DNA of 64,000 bases from an uncultured Dehalococcoidia bacterium. Lineage in GTDB: Bacteria > Chloroflexota > Dehalococcoidia > Dehalococcoidales > Fen-1064. This document shows, piece by piece, positions 18,057 to 27,875 of this stretch. The stretch covers positions 3,506-67,505 of the forward strand of contig CAIWXV010000102.1 in assembly GCA_903916765.1 (NCBI GenBank), read 5' to 3'. Within the stretch, counting starts at the first letter, position 1; each line of letters starts with the position of its first letter. Below the pieces are notes generated by a model. That model saw only the letters and a program-made list of their open reading frames with translations. It ran no database searches and was not told the DNA's origin. The translations under genes and the position numbers were made by a program.

Positions 18057-18842
18057 ATGACGGAAATAAAGATATTAAGCTGGAACGTTAACGGCATTAG
18101 AGCAGTAGCCAGAAAAGGTTTTTTAGAATGGCTGGCCAAGGAATCGCCGGATATACTATGTTTGCAGGAAACTAAAGCCAACCCTGAAGTTCTTACTGGT
18201 GATTTGCTCGCCCCGCCCGGCTATCAAGTTTACTGGAACTACCCCGAAAGGAAAGGCTATTCCGGAGTCGCTATATTCACAAAAATTAAACCGCTAAAGG
18301 TTCAAAATGGCTTCGGTGTGCCGGTATTCGATGCGGAAGGTAGAGTCATCATTTCGGAATACCCCGGATTTACTCTCCTCAATGTTTATTTCCCGAATGG
18401 TAAACAGAATGCCGAGAGGTTGAAATATAAACTGGACTTCTACGAAACTTTCCTTGAGTTTTCAGAAGCTTTGAGGCGGGGAGGGAAAAAACTTATCATC
18501 TGCGGCGATGTTAATACCGCTCATAAAGAATTGGACCTCACCCGTCCGAAAGAGAATGAAAAAATATCCGGGTTTTTGCCTGTCGAAAGGGCATGGTTGG
18601 ATAAACTGATTGCTGCTGGTTACATTGATATCTTCCGTTGTTTCCATAAAGAGTCGGGACAATATACTTGGTGGGATATGAAATCGAGGGCACGAGAAAG
18701 AAATGTGGGGTGGAGGATTGATTATTTCTTCATAGCAGAAAACTTGTTTAGCCGCGTTACGGATGCCTACATTTTGCCTGAGGTGATTGGGTCTGACCAT
18801 TGTCCAATCGGGTTAAAATTGGAGTTTAATCACCAACCTTGA
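18057..18842 (+). CDS. xth: Exodeoxyribonuclease III / AP endonuclease
   Basis: LSWNVNG, LCLQETK, GDVNTAH and SDHCP motifs. Confidence 0.95.
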   Translation: MTEIKILSWNVNGIRAVARKGFLEWLAKESPDILCLQETKANPEVLTGDLLAPPGYQVYWNYPERKGYSGVAIFTKIKPLKVQNGFGVPVFDAEGRVIISEYPGFTLLNVYFPNGKQNAERLKYKLDFYETFLEFSEALRRGGKKLIICGDVNTAHKELDLTRPKENEKISGFLPVERAWLDKLIAAGYIDIFRCFHKESGQYTWWDMKSRARERNVGWRIDYFFIAENLFSRVTDAYILPEVIGSDHCPIGLKLEFNHQP

Positions 18843-18996
18843 CATAAAAAGTCAAGTGTCCTATAGTAAGTCTTAACAATTTATTGCCCCTCCAGACTAC
18901 CCGATGGTGAATATTATTCTATATTACCAACCTCTATACTGGAAGATTTGATACAGGGTCCTATACCCAATATTGAGTCTAACAGGAGACTTTCTG

Positions 18997-19080
18997 ATGA
19001 CTCTTCGTAAGAGTACATTAATTGCTATCAGCATTGTAATAGTTGTCACGCTAGCTGTTTCTTATGTCATGCCGGAATAG
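18997..19080 (+). CDS. Unannotated 27-aa single-TM miniprotein (MTLRKSTLIAISIVIVVTLAVSYVMPE)
   Basis: ATG lies 8 nt after AGGAG (18984-18988). One hydrophobic helix. TAG at 19078-19080. It sits 50 nt upstream of mscL. Confidence 0.4.
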   Translation: MTLRKSTLIAISIVIVVTLAVSYVMPE

Positions 19081-19129
19081 CCGTGATGATACCCTTCTGA
19101 AAAAGGTTATGAAAAAGGAAGGTGGTAGT

Positions 19130-19585
19130 ATGCTCAAAGACTTCAAAGTGTTCATAATGAGGGGTAGCGTGGTTGATATGGCGGTGGGTATCATTATCGG
19201 TGCCGCCTTCGGGACGATTGTCTCTTCTTTCGTCAAAGATGTCATTATGCCCCCGATCGGTTTGGCTCTCGGCAAAATAGATTTCGCAAATCTGCTTGTC
19301 GTTTTGAAGCAAGGTTCACCCGTGGGGCCCTATGATTCTCTGGCGGCAGCCCAAGCAGCCGGAGCTGTGACAATCAATTATGGCTTCTTCATAAACACAA
19401 TGATTACCTTCCTGATAATAGCATTAGTTGTTTTCTTCTTTATTGTTCGCCCGATAGCCAAGATGCAAGATCGAAAGAAAGTAGGATCTCCCGTCGCACC
19501 GATAACCAAAGATTGCCCTCGATGCTTCTCAAAGATAAACATCAATGCTACGCGGTGTCCGAACTGTACCTCTGAACTTAAATGA
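19130..19585 (+). CDS. mscL: Large-conductance mechanosensitive channel with a C-terminal zinc ribbon
   Basis: MRGSVVDMAVGIIIGAAFG ... IMPPIG. ATG 19130 follows AAGGAAGGTGG. The C-terminus reads CPRC-x11-CPNC. Confidence 0.9.
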   Translation: MLKDFKVFIMRGSVVDMAVGIIIGAAFGTIVSSFVKDVIMPPIGLALGKIDFANLLVVLKQGSPVGPYDSLAAAQAAGAVTINYGFFINTMITFLIIALVVFFFIVRPIAKMQDRKKVGSPVAPITKDCPRCFSKININATRCPNCTSELK

Positions 19586-19638
19586 GCTGGCTGCTATGAT
19601 TGGATTACTTTCCTGAGCGATGTTATGTAGCCGCTTAG

Positions 19639-19998
19639 CTATTTAGCACGGCCATAATCGTCTTGCACTCTAACCACATCGTTAAGTTGTGGTGTGGAAA
19701 CCTCGATAATAGTAGCGTCTTCCAGTGCCTCGATTCGGTGTGTCGTCATCGACGGGAGATGGATACAGAAACCCGGTTCAGCTATTGTTTCCGTAGGCTT
19801 GCCGTTTTGGGGCTGAACGGTGAAAAGGGTTTTTCCTTGCAGTAAGTAAATGCTTTCATCTTTTTCTTTATGATACTGGAGACTGAGACGCGAGCCTTTT
19901 TTCACGAAAATTACTTTACCGGCATATTTAGGGTTCAGGGCAAATAATAGCTCATATCCCCATGGTTTTTCTGTTTTTCGCGGTAGTTTTTCTTCCAT
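19639..19998 (-). CDS. Cupin-domain protein (type II phosphomannose-isomerase-like C-terminal barrel)
   Basis: 119 aa. SLQYHKEKDESIYLLQG and HRIEA cupin motifs. Confidence 0.7.
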   Translation of the reverse strand: MEEKLPRKTEKPWGYELLFALNPKYAGKVIFVKKGSRLSLQYHKEKDESIYLLQGKTLFTVQPQNGKPTETIAEPGFCIHLPSMTTHRIEALEDATIIEVSTPQLNDVVRVQDDYGRAK

Positions 19999-20101
19999 AT
20001 CTCTCCTATCGGATTCAATGTTACAGCCGTACCATAATCCCTGTCAATTTCATGTAAGGCTTATGACTAAATCAGAACAATATCTTTCCTGACTGGTCTT
20101 T

Positions 20102-20851
20102 GTGATTCAAAACCTCTATACTAAAAACGTGTCAACTAATACTTTACTTAAAGCTCTTACCGAAGCTGGTTTGGGTAGTCGTCGAAAAATGGCAGATGCT
20201 ATTAAAAATGGCAGAGTCAATGTTAATGGGACGATTGCCGAGAATTTCCGCCAGCCTGTAAATGTCAATACTGACCGTATCTTATTAGATGGGAAACCGC
20301 TCAAATTAAAAGCAGAGCAGGTTATTTATCTAATGTTAAACAAACCGGAAGGTCTACTCTGTACTACCAGCGATGAAAGAGGCCGAAATACCATTCTGGG
20401 CATTCTGCCTGAGAACTACCGTCATCTGCGGCTCTATCCGGTAGGACGGTTGGATATGGATAGTACGGGATTGCTAATTTTGACTAACGACGGTTCGCTT
20501 ACCTATCAGCTAACGCACCCCAGATTCGAGCATGAAAAAGAGTATTTGGTGCAGATAGAAGGCAGGCTTCAGCCTCAGGAAAAGCAAAAACTCGAACGTG
20601 GTGTGAAACTTGAGGAGGGGATTACAGCTCCTGCCTTGGTGAAAGAGGTGCGTAACCCACCATCCTACAATTACAGTATCACCATACACGAAGGCAAAAA
20701 ACGTCAAATCCGCCGTATGTTTGCCCATTTGGGATACCGTGTCATCGCGTTAAAGCGCATCAGGATGGGGAGTTTAATACTCGGCAAGCTTGAAGAGGGC
20801 AAGACTAGGCAATTGACTGTACGTGAAGTTAAGGCTTTATTGAGCGACTAA
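20102..20851 (+). CDS. Pseudouridine synthase, RsuA/RluB family
   Basis: N-terminal S4-like segment and the catalytic motif GRLDMDSTGLLILTND. Confidence 0.9.
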   Translation: MIQNLYTKNVSTNTLLKALTEAGLGSRRKMADAIKNGRVNVNGTIAENFRQPVNVNTDRILLDGKPLKLKAEQVIYLMLNKPEGLLCTTSDERGRNTILGILPENYRHLRLYPVGRLDMDSTGLLILTNDGSLTYQLTHPRFEHEKEYLVQIEGRLQPQEKQKLERGVKLEEGITAPALVKEVRNPPSYNYSITIHEGKKRQIRRMFAHLGYRVIALKRIRMGSLILGKLEEGKTRQLTVREVKALLSD

Positions 20852-20859
20852 AATTGAGT

Positions 20860-22287
20860 TTAAACCCCAGCCAATTCTCTACCGAACTGGAGTAGTCTCT
20901 GTACTCGTTCCGGACTATCGGTCTCTGTGTATATGCGTATGATTGGTTCAGTACCGGAAAATCTGATGAGTAACCACGAATTATCTGCCAGTATAAATTT
21001 GAAACCGTCGCGAGTGTCTATTTTTATCACTTTGACATTTCCGATACTTCTAGGGGAGTTTTCGCAAATGCGGGTAATGATGTTCTGCCTTTGTTCTGGA
21101 GGAAAATGCAGATCAATCCGGTGGTAATAGTGCTCTCCAACTTTACTGTAGAGGTAATCCAGTAATTGAGATGGCGTTTTACCTGTTTTCATCATGAAAT
21201 CAATGAAATAGAGACCGGCGGGGAATGCATCCCTCTCAGGCATATGACCTCGGAATCCGTAGCCGCCACTCTCCTCTCCTCCGATGAGAGCATTCTGCTT
21301 CAGTATTACAGGAGCGATATATTTGAATCCGACAGGAGTTTCAAAGACGGGCACTTTATAAATTTCGCCAAGACGGTCAATCATACTGGTGCTGCTAATG
21401 GCTCGGACAAGAGTCCCACGCTCGCCGCGGATTTCCAGGAGATACAAAGCTAGTATTGCAAATACTTGCAATTGGGTAAGGAACTGCCCTTTTTCATCTA
21501 TTATGCCGATACGGTCGGCATCGCCATCGGTTGCCAGCCCTATATTTGCCCTTTGTTCTACAACCAGTGATGAAAGTTTTTTCAGGTTGATTGCGATAGG
21601 TTCAGGATTAATTCCGGGGAAAGCAGGATTAAGTTCACCATTAATTTCCATTATTTGATTTGTACCGCCACCAAGCAGTGTTTTGAAGTAACCCGCCCCG
21701 ACTCCAAACATGGGGTCAACCGCTATCTTCAAACCGGCGTGACGCAGCTTATCGAGTTCAACCAGTTTACTGACACTATTCAGATAATCCGGGGTAAGGT
21801 CCAGGTATTCTGCCAGCTTTTTTTCGAGGGCTTGAGTCAGAGGTATGGTTTTTATCTTATTTGTACTGATTGCGTGGTCGATATGTTTTTCGATTTCGAG
21901 GGCGGTTTCCGAAGAGACACTTGTGCCGGTTTCCTCACGGAATTTAAACCCATTCCACTTTGCCGGATTATGACTGGCAGTGATGGCAATTCCCCCACCA
22001 GCTTTTTTGTTTATAACCCCAAAAGAAACGAGTGGTGTGGGAATAGCCTTAGGGGAAAGAGCAACTTTGATATCGTTGCCGGCGATGACTTCTGCGGCAG
22101 CAGCGGCGAAATCTTCAGAAGCAAACCGGCGGTCATAGCCAATATATACTCCACGATTGGCTAGTCCCTTTTGCTTGAGATAATCAGCCACACCTTGAGC
22201 ACAGAAACGCACATTGTCAAAGGTGAAGTCCTCTGCAATGACTCCCCGCCATCCATCGGTCCCGAATCTGATGGGATTATTTTCCAT
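20860..22287 (-). CDS. Phosphoglucomutase/phosphomannomutase family
   Basis: Phosphoserine loop TASHNPAKWNG, Mg loop ATDGDADR, sugar loop GGEESGG. Confidence 0.9.
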   Translation of the reverse strand: MENNPIRFGTDGWRGVIAEDFTFDNVRFCAQGVADYLKQKGLANRGVYIGYDRRFASEDFAAAAAEVIAGNDIKVALSPKAIPTPLVSFGVINKKAGGGIAITASHNPAKWNGFKFREETGTSVSSETALEIEKHIDHAISTNKIKTIPLTQALEKKLAEYLDLTPDYLNSVSKLVELDKLRHAGLKIAVDPMFGVGAGYFKTLLGGGTNQIMEINGELNPAFPGINPEPIAINLKKLSSLVVEQRANIGLATDGDADRIGIIDEKGQFLTQLQVFAILALYLLEIRGERGTLVRAISSTSMIDRLGEIYKVPVFETPVGFKYIAPVILKQNALIGGEESGGYGFRGHMPERDAFPAGLYFIDFMMKTGKTPSQLLDYLYSKVGEHYYHRIDLHFPPEQRQNIITRICENSPRSIGNVKVIKIDTRDGFKFILADNSWLLIRFSGTEPIIRIYTETDSPERVQRLLQFGRELAGV

Positions 22288-22338
22288 ATTTTTCCTTAAG
22301 GTTAAACCAATATGTCTAGGATTTCAAGACCATGAGCC

Positions 22339-22372
22339 GAAAACTCAAGAGGGGGGGTGTTTAGCCCCTTCT
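22339..22372 (-). terminator. Candidate terminator after metK
   Basis: On the minus strand: AGAAGGGG-N9-CCCCCTCT followed by TGAGTTTTC. Confidence 0.4.
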
Positions 22373-22388
22373 GAACAATAGTCTTTTA

Positions 22389-23600
22389 TTATTTCCCGAA
22401 AGCTTCTTTTCTCAGGATTAAGGCTTTATCTGTCTTTTCCCAGGGGAGATCGATGTCAGTTCTTCCGAAGTGGCCGTAAGCAGCAGTTTGCCGATAAATT
22501 GGTCGGCGCAGGTCAAGATATTGGATAATTGCTGCCGGTCTGAGGTCGAAGTGCTTATCAATCAATTTCAAAATGACTTCATTGCTCACTTTACCGGTAT
22601 CGAAAGTTTCTACGGAGACAGATAGCGGTTTTGCCTTACCGATGACATAAGATACTTGAATTTCCAATCTGTCTGCCACTCCGGCTGCTACCAGGTTCTT
22701 GGCGATGTAGCGTCCCATATAAGCGGCACTGCGGTCAACTTTAGTGGGGTCCTTACCTGAGAAAGAGCCTCCGCCGTGACGAGCAACACCGCCGTAGGTA
22801 TCTACCAGAATCTTACGACCGGTAAAGCCCGTATCGGAAGCGGGGCCGCCGATAACAAATCTGCCGGTACCATTGATATAGTATTTTGTATCCTTGTCAA
22901 TCAATTTGGCGGGGATAACTTGCTTGATTACTTTTTCGATGATATCTTTTTGAATCTGTTCATTAGTGACATCATCATCGTGTTGTGCCGCAATAACGAC
23001 GCTGGTAACACACTTCGGTTTGCCCTTGCAATATTCAACGGTTACCTGTGATTTACCGTCCGGTCTGAGGTAAGGGATAATTTTCTTCTTTCTCGCTTCG
23101 GCGAGTCTCAAACAGAGTTTTTGGGCTAAAGAAATCGTTAAAGGCATCAATTCGGGGGTTTCATTGCAGGCGAATCCAAACATCATACCCTGGTCGCCAG
23201 CGCCTTCCTTATCGAACTCATCGACTTTCTTCTTTTCTCGTGCTTCTATCGATTTGCTGACTCCTTGAGAAATATCTGGAGACTGTTCCTTGATGCCTGA
23301 AAGCACACCACAGGATTGATAGTCGAAGTTGTAGCGAGGGTCGGTATAACCGATACTTCTAACGACCTCGCGGACAACCTTTTGAATATCGACATAACAT
23401 TTTGTCGTGACTTCTCCTAGCACTACTACCAGTCCGGTAGTAACAGCAGTCTCGCAGGCGACTCTGCCGTAAGGGTCTTCTTTCATAATTGCATCCAATA
23501 TTGCATCGGATATCTGGTCACAGACCTTATCGGGATGGCCCTCTGTTACCGATTCCGAAGTAAGCAAATATTTAGATGATTCTGTAAAACTGTTTGCCAT
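22389..23600 (-). CDS. metK: S-adenosylmethionine synthetase
   Basis: [17 protein letters not shown] and [16 protein letters not shown] motifs. Confidence 0.97.
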   Translation of the reverse strand: MANSFTESSKYLLTSESVTEGHPDKVCDQISDAILDAIMKEDPYGRVACETAVTTGLVVVLGEVTTKCYVDIQKVVREVVRSIGYTDPRYNFDYQSCGVLSGIKEQSPDISQGVSKSIEAREKKKVDEFDKEGAGDQGMMFGFACNETPELMPLTISLAQKLCLRLAEARKKKIIPYLRPDGKSQVTVEYCKGKPKCVTSVVIAAQHDDDVTNEQIQKDIIEKVIKQVIPAKLIDKDTKYYINGTGRFVIGGPASDTGFTGRKILVDTYGGVARHGGGSFSGKDPTKVDRSAAYMGRYIAKNLVAAGVADRLEIQVSYVIGKAKPLSVSVETFDTGKVSNEVILKLIDKHFDLRPAAIIQYLDLRRPIYRQTAAYGHFGRTDIDLPWEKTDKALILRKEAFGK

Positions 23601-23613
23601 TAATTTCTCCTTT

Positions 23614-24897
<1,284 letters not shown>

Positions 24898-25761
24898 TTA
24901 GTGCTGGAAATGCCGGGCAACTTCAGCCGGTATTGCTACTGTGCCCATGATAATGGGTTTCTGGTGACAATCGCTACCGCCGGTTGCAATGAGCTGGTAC
25001 CTGCGGGTAAATTCGAGGTAGTGTGCCACCGTTTTACTATCGTGTCGGGGGTGCCAGCATTCCACACCGTTGATATATTCTAGCATATTTTCGTAGATAA
25101 TTTGTGTCTGTTGTCCTAAGTCCTTTGTGATAGTTACCAGTGATGTTCCGCCGGGGTCATTTCCATGGGCGAGGACTAAGATTCCACCGGCATCATGGAT
25201 GAGTTTAGATGCCTCAGTGAGTGACAGCGGGTATTTGGGAACATCGCATTTTACCAGATATCGATCGAAGGCTTCCTGTATATCCCTGACGATACCTTTC
25301 TTGACCATATACGCGGCAATATGCGGCCTTCCGAAAGAACCGTCAACGCTATCCCTGATATTCTGCATATCCTGTACGGTGAACTGTGCAATGCTTTCCT
25401 TGATAAATTCAGTGTTAATCTTTTTCAGAATTTCACTTGCCCTTTTCTCTCGATATGCTCTCATCAGGCTGAGCTTTTCCCTCAGGTTTTTGTTGTCGAT
25501 ATCGAAGTTGTAGCCAAGAAAATCCAGTGAAATAGGTTTACCTGCATGCGGTTGAAAAGTAACATTCAATTCTACACCGGTAACGTATGAGATGCCGCAT
25601 GCTTTCGTCAATGAAATAGCTTGGCTTTGAGCCTCTAGAGAATCATGGTCAGTGATCGACAGAAAACCGATATTCCGTCGCTGGGCTTCTTTGATGACCT
25701 CTTCTACGGGCAGAGCGCCATCCGAGCCTGTGCTGGTGTGAATGTGCAGATCGATCTTCAT
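24898..25761 (-). CDS. PHP-domain metal-dependent phosphoesterase
   Basis: DLHIHTSTGSDG and ITDHD motifs. Its ATG overlaps the upstream TAA (TAATG at 25759-25763). Confidence 0.8.
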   Translation of the reverse strand: MKIDLHIHTSTGSDGALPVEEVIKEAQRRNIGFLSITDHDSLEAQSQAISLTKACGISYVTGVELNVTFQPHAGKPISLDFLGYNFDIDNKNLREKLSLMRAYREKRASEILKKINTEFIKESIAQFTVQDMQNIRDSVDGSFGRPHIAAYMVKKGIVRDIQEAFDRYLVKCDVPKYPLSLTEASKLIHDAGGILVLAHGNDPGGTSLVTITKDLGQQTQIIYENMLEYINGVECWHPRHDSKTVAHYLEFTRRYQLIATGGSDCHQKPIIMGTVAIPAEVARHFQH

Positions 25762-26366
25762 TATGCTCTCTTATCGATAGCCTTTAGATACAAACCCTCT
25801 GCTTCACCGGTGGTAGTATCGACGGTGAGATGCATGATTTTCAGATTCGGGAATAACTTCTTGATATCATTGAGATCGACTTTCTCGAATTTGGTTTTGT
25901 TATTGAGGTATGCTTGTTCGGTGAGCGCGTTGGACTCGTATTTCTCTTTGGTACGTTTCAAAATGCGCTGGATGGATACTTCTTGAGGGCAGTCGGTTTG
26001 TACGATTATCAAGGTCTTGTTGTTTTTGTTAGCAATTTCGGCAGCACATTTCCTGAGTTCCTGTGTGATGAAAGTGGCGTCGAGAATCACGCTACCGATC
26101 TTTTGTAGAGTTTCATCGGCGCGACGGAATACTTCGTCATAGACAGAAAGGCGGTTATTCATATTTCCAGCGACTTTTTCGTCGAAAATATCTTTTCCTT
26201 TCAGAACTTCTAGGCGGACAATGTCCGACCTGATCATCGGAGTACCTTTGATTTTGACGACTTCCTCACTGGTTTCGGTTTTCCAGGTAGCAGGCAAGCC
26301 GGTAGTAATCATCAGAAAATTATCACCCAATTCTTCCTTCACAAACTCCAAAAACGGTTTTCCCAT
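25761..26366 (-). CDS. P-loop kinase-like (AAA_33-type) protein with a degenerate Walker A
   Basis: 201 aa from ATG 26366 (GGAG 10 nt upstream). The Walker A position reads GLPATWKT, with Trp in place of the second Gly. Confidence 0.65.
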   Translation of the reverse strand: MGKPFLEFVKEELGDNFLMITTGLPATWKTETSEEVVKIKGTPMIRSDIVRLEVLKGKDIFDEKVAGNMNNRLSVYDEVFRRADETLQKIGSVILDATFITQELRKCAAEIANKNNKTLIIVQTDCPQEVSIQRILKRTKEKYESNALTEQAYLNNKTKFEKVDLNDIKKLFPNLKIMHLTVDTTTGEAEGLYLKAIDKRA

Positions 26367-26379
26367 AGTCAATCTCCGT

Positions 26380-27384
26380 CTATTTTGTGTATGATTCCGC
26401 CAGTGCAAAATACTGTTTTGCGTCTTTCAATGCCTTCTCTTTATCCTCGGTTGATATCAGTGAATCCTCGAGCTTGAAACCATAGACCTTGCCGCGTACA
26501 TAGGCATAGTAACACTTGTAGAAATTAACTAACTTCGACACTTCTTTGTCACTGCTGCTGGTAACATAAGCGGTAACGAATTGGCGTGATAGTTCAGAAT
26601 GTCCCCACCGGTCCAAATCCATCGCCAGGAAAGCAACGTCTGCCGCCACATCAAAATAACGGAAGCGTTCGTTGAATTCGATACAGTCATAAATGCAGAT
26701 ACCATCGGTAAAACAGATGTGTTGAGCATGGAGGTCGCCATGACAATCCTTGATTTTGCCGTCGGCGACACGTTTGCGGAGTAGTGGTGCACTCTTTTCT
26801 AGAAAGTCCCGTGTGTATTTACTGATATGCTGGTACTGCGGCAGGGATATTGTTCTGCCGACATAACTTTCTGTCTGGTTGAAATTCTCCTCGGTATTGA
26901 AGGTGATTGTCTCGATAGTCCCGAACTTACCGATATCCGGATTATTTTCGGCTTTGGCATGAAATTCGGCGACTTTTTCTGCTACCCGCGCAATCATTTC
27001 GGGAGTAACCTGGTTTTTTGCCAGTAAAACATCCATCATACGGTCGGCGGGGAGTTTGCGCATTTTGACGGCATACTCGATGACTTTGCCTTTCCCGCCA
27101 AGAACAATTCTACCGCATTCTAAGTTGATTGGCACTACACCTAGATAAGTATCTTCGCACAGACGGCGGTTCAGGCTTACTTCCTGTTCACAGAAGTGCT
27201 TACGGTTTGCCAGAGTGGTGTAATCGAGAAAACCCTGATTGACCGCCTTTTTGATTTTGTAAACATAACTATCGGTTAAGAAGATAATGGATATCTGAGT
27301 CTGTGTCGTCTCCACCTGATTGGTCGATTCCGGATAGACTTGTGGGTCGGAGAGCGCTTTCACGATATCTGCCAGTTGTGTCAT
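26380..27384 (-). CDS. Aminoglycoside-phosphotransferase/choline-kinase-fold kinase, substrate unknown
   Basis: 334 aa. Catalytic loop CHGDLHAQHI and metal-binding region IYDCIEFNERF. RBS GGAAGGAG. Confidence 0.7.
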   Translation of the reverse strand: MTQLADIVKALSDPQVYPESTNQVETTQTQISIIFLTDSYVYKIKKAVNQGFLDYTTLANRKHFCEQEVSLNRRLCEDTYLGVVPINLECGRIVLGGKGKVIEYAVKMRKLPADRMMDVLLAKNQVTPEMIARVAEKVAEFHAKAENNPDIGKFGTIETITFNTEENFNQTESYVGRTISLPQYQHISKYTRDFLEKSAPLLRKRVADGKIKDCHGDLHAQHICFTDGICIYDCIEFNERFRYFDVAADVAFLAMDLDRWGHSELSRQFVTAYVTSSSDKEVSKLVNFYKCYYAYVRGKVYGFKLEDSLISTEDKEKALKDAKQYFALAESYTK

Positions 27385-27444
27385 CTATCTCCTTCCGGTG
27401 AGCAAAATCATACTACCCCGATATTTTTCTGATAATACAGAACT

Positions 27445-27466
27445 GATGCTGACGGATGTCAGCATC
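27445..27466 (-). promoter_or_regulatory. Perfect 9-bp hairpin in the leader of the kinase-PHP-ahcY-metK transcript
   Basis: GATGCTGAC-GGAT-GTCAGCATC. There is no T-run on either strand. Confidence 0.35.
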
Positions 27467-27502
27467 TAACGGATGGTTTTTCTAAAATCACTCTGGGTGG
27501 AG

Positions 27503-27601
27503 CTATTTTTTGGATTGGGTTTTTTCGGCTTTTCGCTTGTCTTCAGCTTTTTTCTGTTTATGACGGTGCTCGCGAAGCGCCATTTTCTTACCTTTGTTCA
27601 T
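27503..27601 (-). CDS. Unannotated 32-aa highly basic miniprotein (MNKGKKMALREHRHKQKKAEDKRKAEKTQSKK)
   Basis: ATG 27601 lies 20 nt after the stop of the Cys-rich gene. 99 nt in frame to TAG 27503-27505. It falls below the ORF-track cutoff. Confidence 0.35.
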   Translation of the reverse strand: MNKGKKMALREHRHKQKKAEDKRKAEKTQSKK

Positions 27602-27621
27602 ACCTATTAATTTACCCTAAA

Positions 27622-27834
27622 TCAATTCTTTTTGCCACTTTTATCTTGAAAAACCTTAACGAACCGGGCAAAACTGCGGTTATAGGTTTTCTCTACTTCA
27701 GGCGGAAAGGCACAGGCAGGCAACTCTTCCATCTCAAAATGGTAAGTTAAGCATTCACAGCATTTACCTTTTCTTCCACATGGTTCATAGGTGCAGGAGC
27801 ATTTGGCATTGTTGGCTTCGAAATTACATTCCAT
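27622..27834 (-). CDS. Small Cys-rich protein (8 Cys in the first 41 aa), possibly a DUF6485-type metal binder
   Basis: 70 aa. Pattern C-x8-CxC-x4-C-x5-CCxC-x12-C. The family name is from memory, not searched. Confidence 0.6.
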   Translation of the reverse strand: MECNFEANNAKCSCTYEPCGRKGKCCECLTYHFEMEELPACAFPPEVEKTYNRSFARFVKVFQDKSGKKN

Positions 27835-27875
27835 ATAGTTACACCAGACAACCTGATTCCTGTTTAGTATTTAGC

